In this document: positions 24,540-35,900 of the stretch, piece by piece | Layout: every line of letters starts with the position of its first letter | Numbering within the stretch: the first letter of the stretch is position 1 | Assembly (NCBI GenBank): GCA_964035545.1 | Contig: OZ037769.1 | Coordinates: forward strand, 3,141,729 to 3,205,728 | DNA: 64,000 nucleotides | Origin: Bugula neritina | Taxonomy: Eukaryota; Animalia; Bryozoa | Direction: 5' to 3' | Made by a program: the position numbers and the translations under genes | The notes under the pieces: generated by a model | Told to the model about the DNA's origin: nothing | What the model saw: only the letters and a program-made list of their open reading frames with translations | Databases searched by the model: none

Positions 24540-26367
24540 AGTGATGAGTTATTACAATCAGTGATGAGATTATCAGGTCCTACACTAGAATAAATCAAGA
24601 ATATGTATAGTAACAAATGCAGCACGTAATGTAAACCAAGTTATTAAACCAAGTTTAAAGCAAAGATAAAAAGAGCAAGAGTAAGAATAAGTAACAGAAA
24701 CAACTCCTCAACCCACGTCACAAAGTTGTTATGAAAACCTTGAGCTCCAATTTTACTAATGAGTAGGGAATCTTACTAAAATCTCCAACTTATAATAATG
24801 GTTAAATAATAATTATAATAGTAATAAGTAGGTATAATTAATAACTACTAAGTAGAAGTGTGTAACATCAAGTTTAACCATAAGTTCATGAGATAAATAT
24901 TGATTACGATAACCGTAATAATATTCACACTGATAATATATTTAAATTATCAATCAGCATATTTTACTGTAATATTTCAAGTTACATTAATAATCAAATT
25001 TGATGACTTTTAAAAATAATTAGACTCTCAGTTTAGCACTATGACGATTAATATTTCAGTAAGACCAACGTCTAATGCCAAGTATAACTATGACTACACG
25101 TTAGTGTATAAGTGACTCAGTTTCAGTTACATTTACAGTTAGACTTACTGTTAGTGTTAGTGCTACGCTTACAGCTACAGATTGACCGGTTTACAGCTAC
25201 TGTTAGTGCTACACTTAGCGCTTACTGTGAACTTACTTATTCACACCCATGCCTACTGTGACTGTTTGTGTTACTAATAGTATTAGTGATAACAGTTACA
25301 AAGCTATGCGTATTGTCACTGTTACTCAGTAAATGCGACTTACTCCACTGTTATTGTTAGTGCATTAAACCTAATAAATCAGTTAACTTAAACTAAAACT
25401 TAATTATAATCATAAAGTAAAACTAAAAGTAATAATCATAATCAGTGATAATGATAATTCTAATGGTAATCATAATGATTAATAATATTAATTATAATAC
25501 TAATGAACTAAAAGTAGTAATGGTTAGTAATAGTAATACTAATAGTAATACTATAACTATAAGTCTGATTAAGTGTAACTTTAAGTTTAAATTTACCTAA
25601 GTAAAAGTAAATATTAGTAATACTAATAGTAATACTGCAATAGTAATACTAAGTCTAATAGTAATAGTAATACTAATAGTAATAGTAATAATAATACTAA
25701 CAGTAATACCAATAGAATAGTATTTGAGTAATAGTAAATGTAATACAATAATAGTAATATGTACTAATATTTATACTAATAATTATAATAATAGATATAA
25801 TTATAGTTCTAGTAATAATCATAATGATCAAGTTCTACATGAACACGAAGTCATGAACTGAGTGATGAGGTGAGCCAGAGTGATGTATCAGTACTGCGTC
25901 TTTGTATAAAGTAGAGCTCTACCTTTAGTCATACTCATAATGATTATAATAATCGCAATAATTATAATAACACTATCAAGTATCATTACATTTAGTAGAA
26001 GTATTAAGTATACTAGGCAACGAGTGAGAGTTGCAATGATTATGAATCATGCGACCTAATAAAATTGAGTTATGTGTTTATACTGTACTTAGTTTTAGCG
26101 TATCAGATTTGTAGAAAAATATTTAACGAAGCGATTCCGTTTATTATCATTCGACTCGCTATAACCAAGTGTTAATTTTCAGATTTTCTTCAACTTTTAA
26201 TTTCAATTAAATGACTGGTTGAAGTTTAGATTAGTACACATAAATTAATTTGACGAATAGACACTATAAGTAAAAACATCATATATATATTTAAGTTATA
26301 TACAACATTTCATTTATTCGTGTTTCAGTTACGTATTCATATTCATATTCATATTGATATAGAAAAC

Positions 26368-27977
26368 ATGGAGTCTACGCGAAAGCAAACTCCTAGCGAA
26401 TTTTTAAAGCAAATCATAGGTCGGCCTGTTGTTGTTAAGCTTAATTCAGGGGTGGATTATAGAGGTAGGCATAAAAGTTATTCACCATTTAATTTACATT
26501 TTGTTATTATTATTTTCTCCAGCTATTGCATTTGCGGTTTCATGACAATGATCATGACATTGATTTTTGAATTCAATTTTCATTTTGAATGTTGAACTTG
26601 ATCATCATCATAATCATGCCTATCAGTATCACCTATGCCTAGCCTTATGGCTATAGCCTATACTAATACTAAGTCTAATATACTTACAGTGATACACCTA
26701 CTCTTACTGTCTTAGTCTAACACTTACATTGTACAGTGTCAGTATGAGTATGAGTGTGAGTTTATCTACTACTGTACTAGCAACACCAAGCAAAGTTAAA
26801 CTTAGTCATAATGATGGAGCTGGTTAGAAGTTATGTGCAATTAAGTCTAATTCCCAATTCGGACCAAGTCTAAAGCTGTCAAATTGGGCTCATAATTTGA
26901 AATAGATAGGATTTCATTGTCAATCTTACTCTGTGGTGCAGGCCATTGCTCTGTTCAGTAATTTTATAAATTGAATTAAAAATCAAAAGGATTATAATAG
27001 CATATGAGTACTTAGTTGCATTTTGTTGATACTCCTGCCAACTGTGTAGAAATAAGATTCTTCTATATTTACATATTTTTAAATTGTTGAGTTCTTTGGC
27101 CAAGATCTATATTTTTTTGTAGTTATCATGAGGAAACAGAGTGTAAACTTCAAAATTGAAATGTAAAATAACTATCTCGGTTTTCCCAACAAATTTAGGT
27201 CTATGCACCCGAGAATGTTTTTTTTACAAGAGTCAAGTCAGTTATAGAAAGTGAATTTTGTTAATAAGTCAAGACAAAAATAGTAAACATGCAGTGACAA
27301 TACCAACAATTTAAAACTATTGTCTTGCTACTTACAGGAGTGCTGGCCTGCCTTGATGGTTACATGAACATAGCCTTGGAACAATCTGAAGAGTATGTAA
27401 ATGGGCAGTTGAAGAATAAATATGGAGATGCTTTCATTCGTGGAAACAATGGTATTTATTTCACGTCGGCATTCCATAGAGTAGAGCATATATTAAGTTT
27501 CTCACTAAAATTATAAGTTAAATTTTGAAACTGTATGCCATTTCATTATGCTAACATATTTTATGTTGAGCAGTATTGTTCAATTTTTAATATAATGACG
27601 TACAGCTGGTTTAAAAGAGTCTGCCAATTCTTTTTGTAAGACAACTTGTTGGAGTTATGAATTATTTGTAATAGCACATAGTTTCCTACTTCAATCGATT
27701 TGCTGCGGAGTTCCTTTGCTGCTCTTGTGCATGTAGTGACCTTTTTGCTTATTTGGCTACCGAAGCTCTTTCTACAATTTATCAAATATTTACTGCCGCG
27801 CTTATGTGGTCATACCTTTTTCGAAAGCCAAATATACTGTCTACTCATTTAGACTAAGACTGAGACTAAGACTGATATTGCAGTATGTATGCTGACTTGA
27901 GCCAACTTATTTTATTATACTACATGTTATATTATCTTACAGTTTTGTACATAAGCACACAGAAGAGAAGAGGTTGA
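26368..27977 (+). CDS. LSM6: U6 snRNA-associated Sm-like protein LSm6, 81 aa. Exons 26368-26464, 27338-27451, 27943-27977
   Basis: MESTRKQTPSEFLKQIIGRPVVVKLNSGVDYRGVLACLDGYMNIALEQSEEYVNGQLKNKYGDAFIRGNNVLYISTQKRRG*, nearly identical to metazoan LSm6. Confidence 0.98.
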
Positions 27978-28819
27978 ATTACTCAAAGAAAAAGTGTTGA
28001 GAATGACAACACTGAGCTATGTAAATAATGCAGACGCACTTCAGAACTCACCCATCATCAATTTGAACTCTTTATTATAAATTTAGGCAAAATATATGTT
28101 TTTAATAAGAAATTTTGCACTGTTTATGCTTTCATTGTGACTTTGTTTAATCTGTAAAAGTTTTAGATTTATAGCTGTGAAAATATAAACATTGCTTTGT
28201 ATAAATTTCAGTTTTATTACATTTGATTTGATTGACATCTTAAACTGACTGAGAATAATTTTCAGTTTGAAAACTGACAAAAAATTAAAAATTAAGTATA
28301 CAAGTGTCGGAAATAAGTTCTTTTGTAGGCTATGAATGCAATAAAAAAGTTGTACAGGGTATTTTCCGTGTTTGGTAAATACTATAGAAAAGCATAGGTA
28401 ATGATTATTGAATATACTGATTAAATATATGCTGAAAGGTAATAAAGAACAATATAATATATATTATAATTTCTGAGTAATTCTAAAAGTTCCACAGTAT
28501 TCATATTCATTGCTCAAGCATAATAGTTGTCTCCTTTTTTGGGTCAAACGATAACTCGATGGCTAATGTAATAAGTTTATTGCTCGTACGACAGCGAGTC
28601 AATTTTAACACCATTTGGAATCTTTCTAGTAATTTTATATTCAAATGTCAAACTCAGTGTGAATGTCTGTGGTCTCCGTCAAATGATCATAAATTTAAAA
28701 TCTAAAATATACATTTAATTTCACCATTTTAACTATTATTGTTGAGCGTAGTACTAATTAAAGCTTCACTAGTTATTAATTCTTTATTTAAAATTTGTAG
28801 CACACTTGTAAGTTGTAGA

Positions 28820-28985
28820 CCTAGTACTAGTACTAGTAGTAGTAGTAGTACTACTACTACTACTAGTAGAGTAGTAGTAGTAGTGCTGGTACTACTAGTA
28901 CTAGTAGTACTACGTCTACTACTACTAGTAATAGTAGTAGTACGATAACTACTACTAGTAGTACAAGTACAAGTACTAACAGTAA
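28820..28985. repeat. Mixed (TAG)n/(TAC)n low-complexity tract
   Basis: Alternating self-complementary trinucleotide runs. A similar tract lies at 44865-45060. Confidence 0.85.
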
Positions 28986-29184
28986 CAGTTTGAGCTAGTT
29001 AACAGCTGATATTAATTTAACTAATGAATTTAATGTAAATTACTCTTGAGTCTTGGAGTTGGAGCTGGAATTGAAAACAAAATTAAAATAAAACTAAAAG
29101 TACAAGTGCAATCAAATAATTCATATTTATGATTTATTCATACATTTCAGAATTTTTGACTTATCATTATCAAGTTCAATTACC

Positions 29185-30590
29185 ATGGATTACGACTCTT
29201 TAACGGATGAAGAAATACGTGAAAAACTTGTGGATGCTGGGATACCTTGTGGTCCAATTATTGGTAAGATTCTAAAGTTGTTTTCCGTTTTGTCAACCTG
29301 GCATTGATTTCTCATTTAATTTGGTGTTTACACTATAAATTTAAACTGGTTTTAAATAGTGTGTGTGGTGACATGTTTAGAATAAATATAATAGATTATT
29401 TTAGTTTTAGTTTTAAATTTCCATTGTGATCTGTGCATAAAACTTCTTGCACTCCACTTTAGTTTTATTTTTTTTACTGCAATTTGAACGTCGATTTCAA
29501 TTTTTTTTGCAACTGTTTCTCGTTCCAATTTTTATTTGGAGGCTTCGTTTAAATATTCTAATTATTTTTTAACTCCTTCTCATGACCTCTGCTCTTTATA
29601 TGAAATGTAACAACACTGACTTCAATATAGGAATAAGTTAAGTTTGTAAATACTGTAGAGTCTACCCGCAAGGTTTACATACGGAAGTTGAAGCGACTTG
29701 CTGGAGAGATTCCTGACCTCAACGTTGAACCAGTGAATGGTACGGATGAAGATGCATCTGACGAGGAGCCACGCCCATCTCCAACTAGAATACCACGCCC
29801 TAAAACTGCAACTACTCGCACACCTCCATCTTCTGCCGGGTAAAATTGTACTAAAGAAATTTTTTTGGTTATATCTGTCATGCGAATAATTAATTTTTAT
29901 ATTTAATAATCATGTTTTAGTTTTGATGCCTAATGCAGTAAGCTATGGTCAGTAAGCCTATAGGTAATCATTTGTCCTAATAAAGAAACTCAAGTGAGCT
30001 TATGGTCACCATCCCTGTGAGAACCCCTGATGGAAAGGCTTTTTTAAGTGGGCTAAAGACTTTTTTTTATATATGTGGCACAGGTGCAATTATCACTGAA
30101 TGTCCAACATCACCAATGGCCTTTACTGGGAATCGAACCCATGACTCATGTTTATTCAGCTAGGGCTCTAACCCCTAGACCGCCGCTCTCCCTAATACCT
30201 GTACAAGGTTAATTTGGTTCTATTTCATGCTGGAATTATTGAATGTGTGCTTGATTATGTGATGTAGGCATCACAAAACATACTTGTTATTTCATAAGAT
30301 GCATAATATTGTTTTTAGTATAGTGGAACAGTAGGTGTTGGTCTGTAAATGTAGAATAGAATTTTAAGTATTTTCTCTGTTGCAGTGATGCTGGTGACGT
30401 GAGGCAAAGACGGGTTCAGCAGAAGAAGTTAGACGTTCCGATCTCCAAGACAATTGAGGCCCCATCTGACGGAGGGATTTGCGGTGGCCTTCTCATTAAA
30501 CTCGTCATCTTCTGTGTTCTCTGTATTATACTTGCTGTAGTTCTGGGGCTCACTGGTCAAATAGAGCCAATGAAACTCATCGCCGGTTGA
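29185..30590 (+). CDS. Small LEM-domain, tail-anchored inner nuclear membrane protein (emerin/LAP2beta-like), 154 aa. Exons 29185-29263, 29659-29839, 30386-30590
   Basis: N-terminal LEM motif LTDEEIREKLVDAGIPCGPIIESTRKVYIRKLKRL, a disordered P/T/S linker, basic VRQRR, and a C-terminal hydrophobic helix LLIKLVIFCVLCIILAVVLGL. Exon phases are consistent. Confidence 0.9.
29996..30193 (-). mobile_element. tRNA-derived SINE in LEM gene intron 2
   Basis: Head AGGGAGAGCGGCGGTCTAGGGGTTAGAGC (A-box-like) and B box GGTTCGATTCC. Colinear over about 200 nt with 56993-57197. Confidence 0.85.
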
Positions 30591-31364
30591 ATTATGCCAT
30601 ATTGTTTTTATTTGTATTATTTTGTTGCATTTTATGCATAAATCTTTTTTAGTAGCCTCATTCAGCTGTTTATTACATTATACACTCATTCGTACATAAC
30701 TTGTTCAGGTTTAAAACATGTTTACTCTGTTATACCATCAACTTTCCTATTTATAATTGTATTAAAAGCTTTTATTTTTCTCATCAACACTGTTTCACCG
30801 CAAGACATATACTCAACATTTTATTTGCTTTGATACTTTAGATAGTATAGACAATAAATTTTAAGGTTTTTGATTTACACCTGTTATATTTGATCAACCT
30901 TATGTACTGTTGATATTCATGGTTCTCTTATTTATCTTCTTTATCCAAAACTACATCCTTATTGATGCTATGAGGATAATTCGAATTTACAATGTTAGCG
31001 GCTTTGTAGAGCTCTGAGTTTTATTCCAGTGATCATATAATAATAGCAACAACGATAATGTAATCATAATTGATAAAAGCAATAATAATTGCGACTAATA
31101 TATATTATTATTATTTTCTTAAGTTCAATACGTAGGGGTAACTTGTTGAACTGCCAAAATTAAAATAAAAGTTGTCTAGAAGCCAGTTTGGCAAAGCTTA
31201 GGGAGTTGTTCCATTTTGGTGAGGTTTTAGTGAGAACACAGCGTCCGTCTTTTTTGCGAAAAGGCATTAGAATTTTGGTCACTGATCGGAAATATAAACT
31301 CGCGATATTGCACATGCGCGATCTCATGTTCCTTTTCATACTGTTGGACTGGACTCGAAGGCTG

Positions 31365-31405
31365 TAATAAATTGGCCTTCCATTTCATCCAGCTACATCT
31401 TTGCC
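31365..31405 (+). promoter_or_regulatory. Probable rpl41 core promoter: TATA-like TAATAAAT and a TCT/5'TOP-like initiator (C at about 31399)
   Basis: ATCTTTGCC lies about 55 nt before the rpl41 ATG, with an AT-rich box about 30 nt further upstream. This arrangement is typical of ribosomal protein genes, but the pyrimidine tract is short. Confidence 0.45.
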
Positions 31406-31454
31406 TGGCGGCTTGTTTCATCCATTATCTTGTTAAAGTTCAATCAAAGAAAGA

Positions 31455-32326
31455 ATGAGGGATAAGGTATGTGTTCTGTAACTTGTACGTTTTACTATTC
31501 CTTTTGATAAATCACAGTATGTTGGGCACTAGATGATATTTTAAAGTTACGGCTGCGATTGTTCAATAAAATTCAATGCAACTTAGTGTTCAATATCTAG
31601 TAGATATTAAACACTAAGATGCATTGAATTTTATTGAATAATCGTAGCCGCAGTCAACGTTAGCTTTGTATGTAGATAATCTACATACAAAGCTAAAGTT
31701 GACTGAAATAGTACAAAGCTTCGAAAGCAAACTGAAAACACCAAATAATTTTAAATTTAACAGATGTAAACGTGCACAGAAAACTTGGAATTGGTCATAA
31801 TTGTAATGCTATACTGAAATTAAAATGCCCTGGCATAAACGATCACCGCGATTAAATTTAATAGGAATACCCGTGAGCTTGAGCTATTGTAAGTGCTTCA
31901 GCTGACGAGTATGAATATAACTATAAAATAATATATCGGTGTTAAATAATATATCGGTGTTAAATAATTTCTCAATGGTAATTGCTAGCAGCATTATGTG
32001 TTTTCACTTTCAGGATAGTTAGTTGTGCCTCAAAGCAAGATAAACATTTAATCTTAAGTTTATAATTTTAGTGGAAGAAAAAGAGAGTACGCAGACTTAA
32101 ACGTAAAAGAAGGAAGATGAGAGCAAGGTACGTTGACTATTAAAATTTACCTGAATTATTTTGTGGCGTTTTAGTGTGCTCAGAGCAAACCCAAATGTAA
32201 GCTGGTTAGTTCAAGAAATAAGATTCCTTTTGTAAATGCCTAGTTCTAATCTACTTCTAGTTGAAACTTTTCAATCACTATTTGTTCAGTCTTGTAGGGA
32301 CTTCTTGTGTTTGTAGATCCAAGTAA
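31455..32326 (+). CDS. RPL41: Ribosomal protein eL41 (eS32), 25 aa. Exons 31455-31466, 32072-32127, 32317-32326
   Basis: Spliced product is MRDKWKKKRVRRLKRKRRKMRARSK*. Both introns are GT-AG; AATAAA at about 32422. Confidence 0.97.
31550..31705. repeat. Two abutting long inverted repeats (50-bp and 27-bp arms) in rpl41 intron 1
   Basis: 31550-31650 is centred on 31600 (4 mismatches, 2 of them G-U compatible). 31651-31705 is centred on 31678 (1 mismatch). Confidence 0.9.
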
Positions 32327-32959
32327 GCTGAGGAATAACTCAAGAATTGATGTACAAAAAGTAACACCACAACCTACATCAACAATTATGTTCTTTTCAA
32401 ATAAGGCACTTGTATTTGTAAAATAAATCCCTGTAAGATCCCAATCTCAATTATCTTTTTTGCTATTGTATAAATACTACACAATATGAACTTCGTTCAC
32501 AAATCCACAGCGTTTATGTTGGGTACCTGTCTGTTCCTGCAGATGACAAGCAATCAAGTTTTTGATAAGTCCGTGACTAGTTGGAAAATGGATCTGCATA
32601 GTCCCTGTACTGTTTTGTATATAAATTTATACTGATATGTTGAAACTCTCCTTGCTAGATGTATACTAGTGTGTATTTGGAATGGTTAACAAAAATAGCT
32701 ACATTATGTACATAGAATAGCAAGTGCATGCGCTGTTTGACAGGAGTTATAACATAAATACAAGAATATTGCATATGATGTTCATTGACTGGAGTAAAAA
32801 AAGTGATGCATGTCTAGCTTGAACTAGCTAATAAATTATTCATTACTTCTATGGCAAATATTAAAACCCAAAATGTTCAAGTTCATTACTTGTCAATGTG
32901 CACTCAAACAAGCATGATCTAAAATTAAAGCTGAAAAATCAAATTAATTTCGTGGTGCT

Positions 32960-35900
32960 TCATCGCGTGACATATGTGTAAGTTCTGTTTGGTTGATGTT
33001 TGTTGGAACCGGCAGCGCCTTCCTCTTCAAAACTGTTTTCTGCATCGAGAAAGTCCCATATTAGAATTGTGTCATCATGAGAACTGGACACGATTTGAAA
33101 CTGGTCAAACTGCAGACGAAATACTCGGCCAGAATGCTCCTATAAAAAAAATGGATACCATTTTGAACATGAAAACTGACATGATTGTGTTAGTTCCGAT
33201 AATTCGTCAAGAGTGCATGCGGACACCTACCACTAATGTTCGTAAGCATAGTGTACCAGTAGGAGATCTTGCATCTAAAGCTGCCTTGAGGTCCCACACC
33301 TTTATTTTGCTAAAAGAAGACGATTTTGGTTACAGATGGCATGTATTGGTAATTTACATGGTATTAGTTGTCCCCTCTTGGTTAAGTTTTGCTCATCGGT
33401 AACATACAATATTATATTATTATGGTGGCTAATAAAACGAGAATTTCAACACCCTTACCCATCATAGGCACCGCTGACTATTCTTTTGTTGTCGAACCTG
33501 ATGCATCTGACCAATTCTTCGTGACCTTCCAGAACTCTGAGGCATGTGCCAAACTCAATATCCCACAATCTAACCGAAACAGTTGTATTTTATTCAACAT
33601 TTTAATCCATACACTCAATTTCAAAACATGCACATTGAACTATACATCAATGTTTTTAAATAAACCATTTAGCTGTTGAAATTTACATTGCAAGTAAAAC
33701 AATGCACTGGAGTAAGTAACAAATGGGAGCATAACTACCAATTGCAACAGTTGAACACCAATAAGTAATAATGAATATTGTGTTATATATTAAGAGAGTA
33801 ATTACCGAATAGTGTTGTCACTGCTACCACTGACAACCAGGTTTCCATGATATTGTAAACAGGCAATACCTCTCTTATGGCCATTTAGTGTGCGCTTAAA
33901 TTCACATGATGATGTGTCCCATACCTGTTGAAACAAACAGAGTATAAAAAGAGCAACTGCAGTAGAATTAAGCTTCATACTTTGACATGATAGAATGGCA
34001 CTTACAAGTACCTGAGCTGTGTTGACATATCACTAATCGGCAACAATAATTACAGTGTCATGAGCAACTATATTCATCAATCATTGCAATGAATTCTTGT
34101 ATGTCAGCTATTTCTAAAATGAGCTTGCAATATAACAGGGAAACACAGAAGGTAATCATAGAAACAGCAAACCTACTAATGACAGAGCTAATGGTATAAC
34201 ATTCTGTATGGGAACTAACTGACCACACTGCTACTATTATGAAATATTTCAAGCAGGGATTACCTTACCTTAATAGTTCTGTCACCAGAAGCAGAGACAA
34301 TATATTTATCATCGAAATCAACAACATTCACAGCTGCTCTGTGACCCACTAGAACTCTCCTCAGGTTGATGTCAGTGGGTGAGAGCATGTCCCATACTGC
34401 TATCGATCTGTCCTACAGATACACATGCTAAACATAACTAATACATCACTCTATGGGACACTATTTAGAGTTGCTTACCCTTGAAAATAAACCAAATGGC
34501 TACGCAACTCGCAACTCTCAATTGTTGACCGATTACTTGATAATTTAAAATAATTGGAGTATAATTATAATGAGCTTACTTTTGAACAAGTGACCATTAT
34601 ACCATTCTCAAATCTGAGGTGAAGTACGGCCTCACAGTGGTGGATGAGTGTGTTAAGCAGGGTGCCATCATGTACACTCCATACTCTGTAGATTACACAA
34701 ACACTACATACTATTCCATGTTAGCATACGAGAACAATAGTAGAGTTCTTAAACAAACCATGTAAGACTAACAAGTAACGTATTAAAAATTACTTATAAT
34801 CATAAAATGAATATCTCACATATACATTAATATGTTATAATATAATACTATATGAACATGCTAATATATAATAATATATTATTCATACGCTACTAACATG
34901 TAATATATTAAGATACTATTACCACATAATAATATGTTCATATACTAGAATACCTGACTGTGGAATCACTTGACCCGGATATTATAATATTATCATCATA
35001 TTGGAGACAAAGAACAGATCCAGTATGTCCTGTCAGTGTGTGTTCACATTCCAGTGTCTTCCTATTCCACATCTGTAGCACAAACATGTGTGTTTCTACA
35101 TACATCATGTGTATATGTGTATGTTTATATAGTGTGTGTATACATCTTGTGTATACGTGTATGTTTATATTCTGTCTATACATCAAGTGTATACTATATG
35201 TTTCTATAGTGTTTCTATATGTATCATGTGTATACGTATATGTTTATATAGTGTGTATATACTTATATCTACATAACATAGTGTGTATCTACATAACTTA
35301 TACGTATGCTGTACAGTGTACATGATATATATTGTAGATATACATGCCTCACGTATATTAACATGTATGTACATGCAGATAATACATATGCTATATCTGT
35401 GATGCAATAATTGTGAAGATACAAATCTTAGATTAGGAAATGTACTCTTCAATTAAGAAACCAGAATTTAATTATATGATATGTTATGTTGAAGTGAGTT
35501 ATTCCAAGCAGGAATTTTTAATTATCTTACTCCATAATTGATATCCAACTCCCACATATAATATAGAATAATGACTTATCTTTAATATTTCTCATGTATA
35601 TATATAAATTAATCTGCAACTGTAGCTCATGCAGAAAGCCTTAAACTTTCCTTTCACCAGATTCATTGCTTTATGGTTTATGGAGACAGACAACTTTTTT
35701 GCAGACTTGAAAACCGGCCGTACCAACTAATCAGAACTCAACTTGAAGTAATCATTCAAAGAGAATTATCCGCCAGTCAGAAGTGATATGACAAAAGAAA
35801 AATGGACTCTATCTTATGGAAACGGAATCAATAAGGTGACTAAAACACCTAACAGAATAAATTATAGAAGGACAAAGGAACTGAAGTGGATAAGATCAGC

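Noticed and set aside
25862-25930. C/D snoRNA candidate (GTGATGA box)
   Set aside because: No CTGA D box or terminal stem at a suitable distance.
30100-30193. tRNA gene
   Set aside because: A/B boxes are present but I could not fold a full cloverleaf, and homology to a second copy extends more than 100 nt beyond the head, so it is a SINE.
32974-33679. Plus-strand ORFs of 142 and 96 aa
   Set aside because: Antisense shadows of beta-TrCP WD40 exons.
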